64,000 nt of DNA from Eledone cirrhosa (GCA_964016885.1 OZ024742.1:362576001-362640000); one strand, 5' to 3'; positions 48,981 through 60,491 are shown, numbered from the stretch's first letter. Notes: generated by a model from the sequence alone, not told the origin. Program-made: numbers and translations.

Positions 48981-48986
<6 letters not shown>
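48272..48986 (+). mobile_element. Non-autonomous pLTR-like element: ~534-bp unit with ~120-bp terminal direct repeat, short 5' inverted segment, internal hammerhead
   Basis: 48332-48451 is repeated at 48866-48986; 48272-48330 is the reverse complement of ~48833-48890; the 3' end abuts (TA)n. Confidence 0.7.
48728..48815 (+). ncRNA. Type I hammerhead ribozyme with long stem II
   Basis: Stem I ACTTC/GGAGT; CTGATGA 48733-39; stem II base GAAA(C)GG/CCTTTC; GAAA 48797-800; palindromic stem III ACTAATTAGT; U-H = TT at 48809-10. Confidence 0.6.
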
Positions 48987-49044
<58 letters not shown>

Positions 49045-49233
49045 ACAGGGAGAAAGAGACGATTATTAGGAAAAAAATATTCTTTTCTCTTTTTATTTCT
49101 TTCTCTCTTTTTTTCTGGGTTACAAAATGATTAAAATGAAATATTTTACTTTGCGTGAAGTGTTAAGGTATTAGTTGATTTATTTATTAATTAACAATGG
49201 CATTTATTTATTTATTTATTTATTTAATAATTG

Positions 49234-49272
49234 TCTAGTACTAGTTTCAGCATTTTTATGCATTATCAAATG
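49234..49272 (-). ncRNA. Degenerate minimal hammerhead in the PLE 3' region
   Basis: Minus strand TTGATAA-T-GCAT-AAAA-ATGC-T-GAAA-CTAG-TA: two changes from CTGATGA, palindromic ACTAGT stem III, stem I not paired. Confidence 0.4.
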
Positions 49273-49367
49273 ATAATAATATGTATTGGTGTAGAATGGT
49301 GGTGTTGGACATGTTAAAGAAATGGTGCAGAAATAATAATGTTATTTATAAACAAGGTTTATGAAGT

Positions 49368-49607
49368 GAAAAGAAAAAAGAAAAAGAAAAAAGAAAAAAG
49401 AAAAAAGAAAAAAGAAAAAAGAAAAAAGAAAAAAGAAAAAAGAAAAAAAGAAAAAAAGAAAAAAGAAAAAAGAAAAAAGAAAAAAGAAAAAAGAAAAAAG
49501 AAAAAAGAAAAAAGAAAAAGAAAAAAGAAAAAAGAAAAAAGAAAAAAGAAAAAAAGAAAAAAGAAAAAAGAAAAAAGAAAAAAGAAAAAAGAAAAAAAGA
49601 AAAAAAG
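49368..49607. repeat. (GAAAAAA)n A-rich heptamer repeat
   Basis: Direct reading. Confidence 0.95.
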
Positions 49608-49912
49608 GAGCGTAATGTGGAGCATAATAAGTCAACGTGAAAGAGAAAATAATGTTATTTACAGGCATAGTTCTTGAAGTAAGCAGATCAAAATGTGTTA
49701 ATATGGCAAGAGTGCTTAGTTGATCCATGATGGAGGCAAATGGTGGACTGGGGTTTGATATGATTTCTCTTTTTAGAGAGTTAATATGCAGGGGCAGGTA
49801 ATTCATGCTGGATGATATTTAATTTATTTAAGAAAAAGGATTAGGTAGGTGTTAGGGAGGTAGCTCTTTAGAGAGACAGGTATTTGTAAATGTTTGAGTG
49901 TTCGATCCAGTT

Positions 49913-51900
49913 TTAGTTTAGTCCGAAGTTTAGTGCATTAAGTAGTTGTCGGAATCTGTTAATGAAATACGTTTCCTTATTTGTACGATGGATTGAAGTA
50001 GCGTTGTCTATGAATTTGTAAATGGGGTAAATTTTAAAGTTTGGATGTTGGTTGGGTGCACAATTGGCGATATGTTCACTAAATGCAATCTTTCTGTATT
50101 CCAGTATTTTGATTTGTGATTTATGGACGGTCATACGATGTCGGAGGCTGTTTTTTTTCTGTCCTATGTAGTGCTCTTGACAACCTGAGCAGTTCAAAAC
50201 ATAGATTAGGTTTTCAGATGCACATGTAAAGTTGTGTTTAACTGTGAAATGTTGTCCTTGTTTAAAATGGAATGTTGAACCTTCTATTAGATTTATGCAT
50301 ATGCCACAGTTGGGCCTTCCGCATTTTGTTACTGTAGGGTTCATTGTGAGAGTTTGTTGGATTTTGGCTTGTGTGAGGATGTTTTTTTATGGAATTAGGT
50401 TGTCTTTTGCTCTTTATGATGTGTGTTTGGAGGATTTTGTTCATTCTTGGGTCTCTTTTTAGTAAAGGAATGTTCTGGAGGATGGTGTTGAATGCCTCTT
50501 TGTTGAGGGGATTGTGTGTGGAGATGTATGGTAGAGTTTTCTGTTGCAGTTCATTCCTGGGTTTGGGGTGTCTGAGTTCTTGGATGTCGAGTTTTAGGGC
50601 ACGTTGGAATCAATTGTTGATTAGGGATGGTGGGTAGTTTCTGCTGATAAGTGTGTTTTTTAATTCTTCTAGTCGTGTGCAGCATGTGTATTTATCTGAA
50701 ACTATTGTGCAGATCCTTCTGGCTAGGTTATAAGGAATTGCCATTTTGGTGTGTCTAGGATGGCACGAGTTGAATGGAAGGTATTGTTTGGAGTCTGTGG
50801 GTTTGTAGTATATGTCTGTTTCTATTTTGTTGTTTGTTTTCTTGGTGAGGATGTCGAGGAAAGGGAGTTGTTCATGGCTGTATTCCATTGTAAATCGTAA
50901 GTTTGTGTTGAGTCCATTCAGAAGGGTTTTAAACTCAATCAATCTATCTATACTTTCATGCCAGAGGATGAAGCCGTCGTCCAGATATCTCTTCCAGTTT
51001 TTTTCTATGTGTTGGTAGAAGTGGTTGCCGTATTTGTCTAGAACTTTGTGGTAGAAAGTGGTTTCAAAATATCCCACAAGGTTGGCGTATGATGGGGCTA
51101 CTTTCGTGCACATGGCTGTCCCAGATTTCTGTCTGTAGTATTTAGCATCGAATTCGAAGAAATTGTTTTCCAAGATGAATTTGAGTCCCTCCAACACAAA
51201 TTCTTCAGGGATGCGCTGTGGGAGTTCACTAGGGAAATTTTCAAGCCAGAATTGTAATGCCTCTATACCTAGGTTGTGTGGGATATTGGAATATAAATTG
51301 ATGACAACAAAGGTTACTAGTAGGGTATGTTCATTATTGAGTGTTGTTGGGAGGTGGTTGAGCATGTCAAGGTCGTCCCTTATGAAGCTTTTTATGTGTT
51401 TTAGGAAAGGATTAAGCAGAATATCTAGAAAGTTGCTTAGGCGGTGGGTTTCACGTGTGGTGCCTGCTATTATGGGTCTTAATTTAAGGTCAACAGGAGG
51501 GGTATATTGATGTAAATGTCTGTGGCTTGCTTGCAGGCCCTACCTATTACTTCGCTTTTGTGTGTCTTTGGGATACCGTAGAAGAGGCTGGTTCTGCTTT
51601 TGAAATTGGTGATGTAGTTGTATTCCTTGTCGGTAAGGCCTTCTTTGTAAAGGATTGTTAGGGATTTTAGGTTTCTCATTATTTTCTGTTATGTGTAGTG
51701 TTGGGCCTTTTCATAATATGTTTGGTTTTCTAGAGTTGACAGTACTAGAGTCGTGTAATAATCTGCCCCATAAGGACTACTGCACTCCCTTTATCTGCCT
51801 CTTTGATTGTTAGAGTTTTGTCGTTTTTTAGACTGTTAACACCATTCCATTCTTATTTGCTTAGGTTTGGTTTTTGTTTATGTCTGTGTAGGTGGTGTTA
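49913..51900 (-). pseudogene. PLE reverse transcriptase-GIY-YIG endonuclease ORF, frameshifted
   Basis: ORF pieces 51479-51679, 50610-51365 and 49913-50344 carry the motifs in the expected order. Confidence 0.88.
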
Positions 51901-51915
51901 TGGGTAATTAGTAAA

Positions 51916-52085
51916 GATTAAAAATTAAAAATTAAAATGTCTGTCTGTCTGTGTGTGTATGTGTGTGTCTGTTACGGAGCAACTTTTGATCCGCAAGGTC
52001 GATTTTCAATTTCTTTCTGTAATCAACCACAAATTCATCAGGGCAGGTCGGCATGTTATTGCGAATGATCGGCTCCTCCTTTGTC
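51916..52085 (+). mobile_element. Possible Helitron 5' terminal segment (AT-rich start, (GTCT)n/(GT)n, unique tail)
   Basis: ATTAAAATGTCTGTCTGTCTGTGTG...GTTACGG...GATTTT resembles the 5' ends of invertebrate non-autonomous Helitrons (recall); lies upstream of the helicase fragment. Confidence 0.35.
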
Positions 52086-52534
52086 TAGTAAAGAATCGAT
52101 AAAACTGACTATAGGTACGACTTTGCACAGAAAAAATCTCTATATCTATAAAAATGAAAAAGAAAGAGTGAGAGTGAAAGAAACAGACAGACTAAAAGAG
52201 GGGGATAGCGGGAGAGAGAGAGAGGGAGGGAGAGAGAGAGAGAGAGGGAGAGAGAGAGAGAGAGGGAGAGAGAGAGAGAGAGAGAGAGCGACAGACGCTT
52301 TGTTTGATACATAACAGTGGAAGAGGGGAAGGAAAGCTATAACTAATTAACATGTGTGCGTGTGTGTGTGCGTGCGTGTGTGTGTGTGTTCGTGCAGCGT
52401 TTCAGTCAGAGTTAAATCGATTAACATGTGTGTGTACGTGCACACGTGCGTGCGTGAGTTTGCGTGCGTTTGAGCGTTTGCGTGCGTGTATGTGTGTGTG
52501 TGTGTGTACGTGTGTGTGTACGTGCGTGTGTACG

Positions 52535-53338
52535 AACATGAGAGCTCGGATGCTTGGTGACCAAGTGTCACCAGATTTTGCTACTAACCTATTGACACTT
52601 GGAAACGGCAAAGTACCACTTGATGAAGATGACAAAATCTCCCTCGAACTGATCTGCACTTTAGTCGACTGTGATGACGACTTGACAGATGCAGTATTCC
52701 CTGAGTTGAGCACTAACTACCAAAATCCAAACTGGCTGTACGAAAGGGCAATACTGGCTCCGAAAAATGAGACTGTCGACAAAATCAACGGACAACTGCT
52801 TAAGTCTCTTCCTACAGCTTCGTGTACATACAAGTCCATCGATACAGTCACAGACCCCATTAACTACCCAATTGAGTTTCTTAACTCATTGAACTCCACC
52901 GTGTTGCCATCTCATCGATTGGAACTTAAGCAAGGATGCCCAATTATGCTTTTGAGGAATCTACACCCACCAAAACTCTGCAACGGCACCCGCCTTACAG
53001 TAAATAAACTAATGCAAAATTTGATCGAGGCGACGATTCTCTCAGGGTGTGGAAAGGGGGAAAATGTTTTTATCCCAAGGATTCCCCATTGTCCGTCAAC
53101 ATCAGAGATCCCCTTTTCATTTAGGAGGCTCCAGTTTCCAGTTCGTTGTAGTTTCGCTATGATGATAAATATGTCTCAGGGGCAAACATTGTCCGTCGCG
53201 GGAATAAATCTAGAAGAGCCATGCTTTTCTCACGGTCAGCTATACGTTGGATGTTCCAGAGTGGGAAGCAAAGGAAACCTTTATGCATTTGCTCCAAACG
53301 GTAAAACCACAAACATTGTGTACCAAGAAGTTCTGTAA
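52535..53338 (+). pseudogene. C-terminal PIF1-family helicase fragment of a Helitron RepHel
   Basis: NMRA..., ERAILAPKN, YPIEFLNSL, PIMLLRNL.PPKLCNGTRL, FIPRI, RRLQFPVR.SFAMMINMSQGQTL, FSHGQLYVGCSRV, TTNIVYQEVL*. The start of ORF 52352 is only (GT)-rich repeat. Confidence 0.9.
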
Positions 53339-53344
53339 TCAACA

Positions 53345-53920
53345 CTGCGACACGAACCGTCTTCTAACAATCAAATACCTCGCTGTTTTCAATAATTACC
53401 AAATTGTAGACATACTGCCTTTTTGAAATTCATAGCACCATACATTTTTGACTGTAAACGTTGTGACTCCTTTCAACTGCACGGTATTGAACTGCAATTT
53501 CCCCTCTGGTTGGTTGAGCCAGTTTTCTATGGATTCGTCAGCGCGTGCACATGTCTTTGCTGCCGCAGTTAACGCTGTGTTTCGGTTTATACAGCTCAAA
53601 CAGCAGACGTTGACTCACAGTTCTTTGCTGCCGCAGTTGGCGCTTTGTTTCAGTTGATGCAGCTCGAGCTGCGGAAGTTGCCTCAGCATTTCTATGCCGC
53701 CGTAATGAACGCTGTGGTTCGTTTTCTGCACCTCAAGCAGCAGCAGTTGCCTCAGCATTTATTTGCTGTCGCATCGAACGTTGCGTTTCGTTTTCTGCAT
53801 CTCGTGCAATAGAGGTTGCTTCAGCATTTTTCTTTTAGCGTAATAATCGCTATTCGTCATTCTCTGTTACTTTTGCAATCGAGGTTGGTGCAGAATTTGT
53901 GTTGAGGAATTTTGAGCGTT
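53345..53920 (-). pseudogene. Probable N-terminal fragment of a Helitron RepHel (~22-aa charged repeats + degenerate Cys motif)
   Basis: Minus strand encodes repeats such as ARDAENETQRSMRQQINAEA (~66-bp period, 53575-53830), then GSMSTI.. resembling the GxMxxxCxxC motif of RepHel N-termini; stops present. Confidence 0.5.
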
Positions 53921-56900
53921 ATATTCTATAAGTCTCTAGCTGTGTCATTCTCGATAAAAGCACTGGATATGTGGTCCTGATGATTTCTAACAAGAATGAA
54001 ACGCGTAGATTACTTCCCTTGCTTTTATCGAGAATCTAATTGTAATACGTGACGTATTCTATTCTATAGCGATTAGGTCTTCAAAATGTTTATTATAAAC
54101 ATACAGAATATTTTCGAATATTCTATGTCTATATTCACATATATATCGCTATTTCAGAGCATTTATTCCAATTTCTAATTTCTGCCGGACCGGCAACCGC
54201 TCTTTCAAACCAGTTCCTGTACACAGCTAAGTATTCTATAAGTCTCTAGCTGTGTCATTCTCGATAAAAGCACTGGATATGTGGTCCTGATGATTTCTAA
54301 CAAGAATGAAACGCGTAGATTACTTCCCTTGCTTTTATCGAGAATCTAATTGTAATACGTGACGTATTCTATTCTATAGCGATTAGGTCTTCAAAATGTT
54401 TATTATAAACATACAGAATATTTTCGAATATTCTATGTCTATATTCACATATATATCGCTATTTCAGAGCATTTATTCCAATTTCTAATTTCTGCCGGAC
54501 CGGCAACCGCTCTTTCAAACCAGTTCCTGTACACAGCTAAGTATTCTATAAGTCTCTAGCTGTGTCATTCTCGATAAAAGCACTGGATATGTGGTCCTGA
54601 TGATTTCTAACAAGAATGAAACGCGTAGATTACTTCCCTTGCTTTTATCGAGAATCTAATTGTAATACGTGACGTATTCTATTCTATAGCGATTAGGTCT
54701 TCAAAATGTTTATTATAAACATACAGAATATTTTCGAATATTCTATGTCTATATTCACATATATATCGCTATTTCAGAGCATTTATTCCAATTTCTAATT
54801 TCTGCCGGACCGGCAACCGCTCTTTCAAACCAGTTCCTGTACACAGCTAAGTATTCTATAAGTCTCTAGCTGTGTCATTCTCGATAAAAGCACTGGATAT
54901 GTGGTCCTGATGATTTCTAACAAGAATGAAACGCGTAGATTACTTCCCTTGCTTTTATCGAGAATCTAATTGTAATACGTGACGTATTCTATTCTATAGC
55001 GATTAGGTCTTCAAAATGTTTATTATAAACATACAGAATATTTTCGAATATTCTATGTCTATATTCACATATATATCGCTATTTCAGAGCATTTATTCCA
55101 ATTTCTAATTTCTGCCGGACCGGCAACCGCTCTTTCAAACCAGTTCCTGTACACAGCTAAGTATTCTATAAGTCTCTAGCTGTGTCATTCTCGATAAAAG
55201 CACTGGATATGTGGTCCTGATGATTTCTAACAAGAATGAAACGCGTAGATTACTTCCCTTGCTTTTATCGAGAATCTAATTGTAATACGTGACGTATTCT
55301 ATTCTATAGCGATTAGGTCTTCAAAATGTTTATTATAAACATACAGAATATTTTCGAATATTCTATGTCTATATTCACATATATATCGCTATTTCAGAGC
55401 ATTTATTCCAATTTCTAATTTCTGCCGGACCGGCAACCGCTCTTTCAAACCAGTTCCTGTACACAGCTAAGTATTCTATAAGTCTCTAGCTGTGTCATTC
55501 TCGATAAAAGCACTGGATATGTGGTCCTGATGATTTCTAACAAGAATGAAACGCGTAGATTACTTCCCTTGCTTTTATCGAGAATCTAATTGTAATACGT
55601 GACGTATTCTATTCTATAGCGATTAGGTCTTCAAAATGTTTATTATAAACATACAGAATATTTTCGAATATTCTATGTCTATATTCACATATATATCGCT
55701 ATTTCAGAGCATTTATTCCAATTTCTAATTTCTGCCGGACCGGCAACCGCTCTTTCAAACCAGTTCCTGTACACAGCTAAGTATTCTATAAGTCTCTAGC
55801 TGTGTCATTCTCGATAAAAGCACTGGATATGTGGTCCTGATGATTTCTAACAAGAATGAAACGCGTAGATTACTTCCCTTGCTTTTATCGAGAATCTAAT
55901 TGTAATACGTGACGTATTCTATTCTATAGCGATTAGGTCTTCAAAATGTTTATTATAAACATACAGAATATTTTCGAATATTCTATGTCTATATTCACAT
56001 ATATATCGCTATTTCAGAGCATTTATTCCAATTTCTAATTTCTGCCGGACCGGCAACCGCTCTTTCAAACCAGTTCCTGTACACAGCTAAGTATTCTATA
56101 AGTCTCTAGCTGTGTCATTCTCGATAAAAGCACTGGATATGTGGTCCTGATGATTTCTAACAAGAATGAAACGCGTAGATTACTTCCCTTGCTTTTATCG
56201 AGAATCTAATTGTAATACGTGACGTATTCTATTCTATAGCGATTAGGTCTTCAAAATGTTTATTATAAACATACAGAATATTTTCGAATATTCTATGTCT
56301 ATATTCACATATATATCGCTATTTCAGAGCATTTATTCCAATTTCTAATTTCTGCCGGACCGGCAACCGCTCTTTCAAACCAGTTCCTGTACACAGCTAA
56401 GTATTCTATAAGTCTCTAGCTGTGTCATTCTCGATAAAAGCACTGGATATGTGGTCCTGATGATTTCTAACAAGAATGAAACGCGTAGATTACTTCCCTT
56501 GCTTTTATCGAGAATCTAATTGTAATACGTGACGTATTCTATTCTATAGCGATTAGGTCTTCAAAATGTTTATTATAAACATACAGAATATTTTCGAATA
56601 TTCTATGTCTATATTCACATATATATCGCTATTTCAGAGCATTTATTCCAATTTCTAATTTCTGCCGGACCGGCAACCGCTCTTTCAAACCAGTTCCTGT
56701 ACACAGCTAAGTATTCTATAAGTCTCTAGCTGTGTCATTCTCGATAAAAGCACTGGATATGTGGTCCTGATGATTTCTAACAAGAATGAAACGCGTAGAT
56801 TACTTCCCTTGCTTTTATCGAGAATCTAATTGTAATACGTGACGTATTCTATTCTATAGCGATTAGGTCTTCAAAATGTTTATTATAAACATACAGAATA

Positions 56901-59130
56901 TTTTCGAATATTCTATGTCTATATTCACATATATATCGCTATTTCAGAGCATTTATTCCAATTTCTAATTTCTGCCGGACCGGCAACCGCTCTTTCAAAC
57001 CAGTTCCTGTACACAGCTAAGTATTCTATAAGTCTCTAGCTGTGTCATTCTCGATAAAAGCACTGGATATGTGGTCCTGATGATTTCTAACAAGAATGAA
57101 ACGCGTAGATTACTTCCCTTGCTTTTATCGAGAATCTAATTGTAATACGTGACGTATTCTATTCTATAGCGATTAGGTCTTCAAAATGTTTATTATAAAC
57201 ATACAGAATATTTTCGAATATTCTATGTCTATATTCACATATATATCGCTATTTCAGAGCATTTATTCCAATTTCTAATTTCTGCCGGACCGGCAACCGC
57301 TCTTTCAAACCAGTTCCTGTACACAGCTAAGTATTCTATAAGTCTCTAGCTGTGTCATTCTCGATAAAAGCACTGGATATGTGGTCCTGATGATTTCTAA
57401 CAAGAATGAAACGCGTAGATTACTTCCCTTGCTTTTATCGAGAATCTAATTGTAATACGTGACGTATTCTATTCTATAGCGATTAGGTCTTCAAAATGTT
57501 TATTATAAACATACAGAATATTTTCGAATATTCTATGTCTATATTCACATATATATCGCTATTTCAGAGCATTTATTCCAATTTCTAATTTCTGCCGGAC
57601 CGGCAACCGCTCTTTCAAACCAGTTCCTGTACACAGCTAAGTATTCTATATATCTCTAGCTGTGTCATTCTCGATAAAAGCACTGGATATGTGGTCCTGA
57701 TGATTTCTAACAAGAATGAAACGCGTAGATTACTTCCCTTGCTTTTATCGAGAATCTAATTGTAATACGTGACGTATTCTATTCTATAGCGATTAGGTCT
57801 TCAAAATGTTTATTATAAACATACAGAATATTTTCGAATATTCTATGTCTATATTCACATATATATCGCTATTTCAGAGCATTTATTCCAATTTCTAATT
57901 TCTGCCGGACCGGCAACCGCTCTTTCAAACCAGTTCCTGTACACAGCTAAGTATTCTATAAGTCTCTAGCTGTGTCATTCTCGATAAAAGCACTGGATAT
58001 GTGGTCCTGATGATTTCTAACAAGAATGAAACGCGTAGATTACTTCCCTTGCTTTTATCGAGAATCTAATTGTAATACGTGACGTATTCTATTCTATAGC
58101 GATTAGGTCTTCAAAATGTTTATTATAAACATACAGAATATTTTCGAATATTCTATGTCTATATTCACATATATATCGCTATTTCAGAGCATTTATTCCA
58201 ATTTCTAATTTCTGCCGGACCGGCAACCGCTCTTTCAAACCAGTTCCTGTACACAGCTAAGTATTCTATAAGTCTCTAGCTGTGTCATTCTCGATAAAAG
58301 CACTGGATATGTGGTCCTGATGATTTCTAACAAGAATGAAACGCGTAGATTACTTCCCTTGCTTTTATCGAGAATCTAATTGTAATACGTGACGTATTCT
58401 ATTCTATAGCGATTAGGTCTTCAAAATGTTTATTATAAACATACAGAATATTTTCGAATATTCTATGTCTATATTCACATATATATCGCTATTTCAGAGC
58501 ATTTATTCCAATTTCTAATTTCTGCCGGACCGGCAACCGCTCTTTCAAACCAGTTCCTGTACACAGTTAAGTATTCTATAAGTCTCTAGCTGTGTCATTC
58601 TCGATAAAAGCACTGGATATGTGGTCCTGATGATTTCTAACAAGAATGAAACGCGTAGATTACTTCCCTTGCTTTTATCGAGAATCTAATTGTAATACGT
58701 GACGTATTCTATTCTATAGCGATTAGGTCTTCAAAATGTTTATTATAAATATACAGAATATTTTCGAATATTCTATGTCTATATTCACATATATATCGCT
58801 ATTTCAGAGCATTTATTCCAATTTCTAATTTCTGCCGGACCGGCAACCGCTCTTTCAAACCAGTTCCTGTACACAGCTAAGTATTCTATAAGTCTCTAGC
58901 TGTGTCATTCTCGATAAAAGCACTGGATATGTGGTCCTGATGATTTCTAACAAGAATGAAACGCGTAGATTACTTCCCTTGCTTTTATCGAGAATCTAAT
59001 TGTAATACGTGACGTATTCTATTCTATAGCGATTAGGTCTTCAAAATGTTTATTATAAACATACAGAATATTTTCGAATATTCTATGTCTATATTCACAT
59101 ATATATCGCTATTTCAGAGCACTTATTCCA

Positions 59131-59135
<5 letters not shown>
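53921..59135 (+). repeat. Tandem array of a 310-bp hammerhead-containing unit (16 full + 1 partial copy), retrozyme-like
   Basis: Units start every 310 bp (53921, 54231 ... 58881). Only a handful of variants seen (57651-52, 58567, 58750, 59122). Ends at (TA)n. Confidence 0.97.
53947..54035 (+). ncRNA. Type I hammerhead ribozyme (first of 17 copies, repeating every 310 bp)
   Basis: Stem I GTGGTC/GATTAC extended by GGA/TCC and a perfect 16-bp helix ATTCTCGATAAAAGCA/TGCTTTTATCGAGAAT; CTGATGA 53977-83; stem II TTCT-AACA-AGAA; GAAA 53998-54001; palindromic stem III ACGCGT; predicted cleavage at GUA, after 54007. Confidence 0.88.
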
Positions 59136-59176
<41 letters not shown>

Positions 59177-59185
59177 ATATATATG

Positions 59186-59226
<41 letters not shown>

Positions 59227-59272
59227 ATATATATATATATATATATATAATATATATATATAATATATATAT
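59136..59272. repeat. (TA)n-rich microsatellite
   Basis: Direct reading. Confidence 0.95.
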
Positions 59273-59350
59273 AACAAAGGAATTGTGGTAAGAAACCAGA
59301 TGGACCATAACGCACCACAGTACTCAATAATTAGGGTAGTAGAGTGAGAA

Positions 59351-59480
59351 ATAGGAAAAAGTATGACCCCGACGGCAGAGCTCAAGCCGTTTCGACGGCT
59401 ATTTCTGGACTAAATATTTAGTCCAGAAATAGCCGTCGAAACGGCTTGAGCTCTGCCGTCGGGGTCATCCTTTTTCCTAT
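59351..59480. repeat. 130-bp spacerless palindrome (one mismatch)
   Basis: Centre ...GGACTAAAT|ATTTAGTCC... at 59415/59416; single mismatch at 59362/59469. Confidence 0.97.
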
Positions 59481-59481
59481 A

Positions 59482-59540
<59 letters not shown>

Positions 59541-60087
59541 TGCATTCCCAGCAGCGGTCCATGTGGGAATAAAGTGCAAATGAGAATGTTTAGAAGACTA
59601 GGACAAAAGACAAAGAGAGTTATTAGGAAACTTGTAAGTGATAAATAGATAAATAGATATATCAACGCAATATAGATGTATTACAAAAGTCACAATTATT
59701 ATTATCACATAGAGACAGATTGCGAAATATCGCAGTTGTTAATGGATTCTTTATAAACATCATATATTATTTACGAGAAGAATTTTCTCATTAATCAAAG
59801 AAGGCGAAGAAAACAAAACACATGAAATACAATAAAGAAACATGTTGAAATATTTATGGAATATTTAATAGGGGAACTACTTTAGCAGTGAAATCTGGCT
59901 GTTAAAAAAGAACGCTGAAGAATACATTTGAAATCCTGAAATGTAATTGAGAATACGTAATGAATTTCTAGCAGATTTTCAATTCAATCAGTTTGTGTCA
60001 GAGTTATAAGATACTTTCTTTCCATTTATTAAAAAAAATCATTCCCTTCACCTATTTCAGTGAACAACATATGCATGTATATATATA

Positions 60088-60174
<87 letters not shown>

Positions 60175-60387
60175 TATATGTTCAGATGTATATGTATGTG
60201 TGTATATGTGTGTGGGGGTGTAGACAAGTACTTTTCTATACATTTAATGCAAACGTTCCACTATACGCCTAAAACCTATAAATGTATGTAAGTTTTATAC
60301 ACATATATATAGTAATAATAATAAATTTGCTTAAACTTTAATCTGTTATTTTAATAAATATATATATATATACATACATCGGTACAA

Positions 60388-60450
<63 letters not shown>

Positions 60451-60459
60451 TACATCTGT

Positions 60460-60491
<32 letters not shown>

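Larger units (their letters stand above)
49041..51915 (-). mobile_element. Penelope-like element (RT + Cys-rich linker + GIY-YIG; Neptune-like), 5'-truncated and decayed
   Basis: IKEADKGSAVV near 51780-51810; FYGIPKTHK; LYSNIP, QKSGTAM, WKRYLDDGF, LPFLDI, TDIYYKPTDS; CGRPNCGIC linker; NLIYVLNCSGCQEHYIGQ. The 3' non-coding region ends at (TA)n. Confidence 0.9.

Noticed and set aside
49339-49806. Lys-rich and Phe-rich ORFs
   Set aside because: Translations of the (GAAAAAA)n repeat.
52005-52055. Minus-strand CTGATGA...GAAA
   Set aside because: No stem III/UH or stem I can be formed; probably chance.
52352-53338. Cellular PIF1 gene
   Set aside because: Intronless, lacks the N-terminal helicase motifs, has a substituted motif (AMMINMSQG) and a Helitron-type C-terminus (TTNIVYQEVL); better explained as a transposon fragment.
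53921-59135. CRISPR array or 5S/tRNA/snRNA gene cluster
   Set aside because: Units are identical end to end (no unique spacers), and I recognise no 5S, tRNA, snRNA or SL-RNA motifs; the hammerhead core explains it better.
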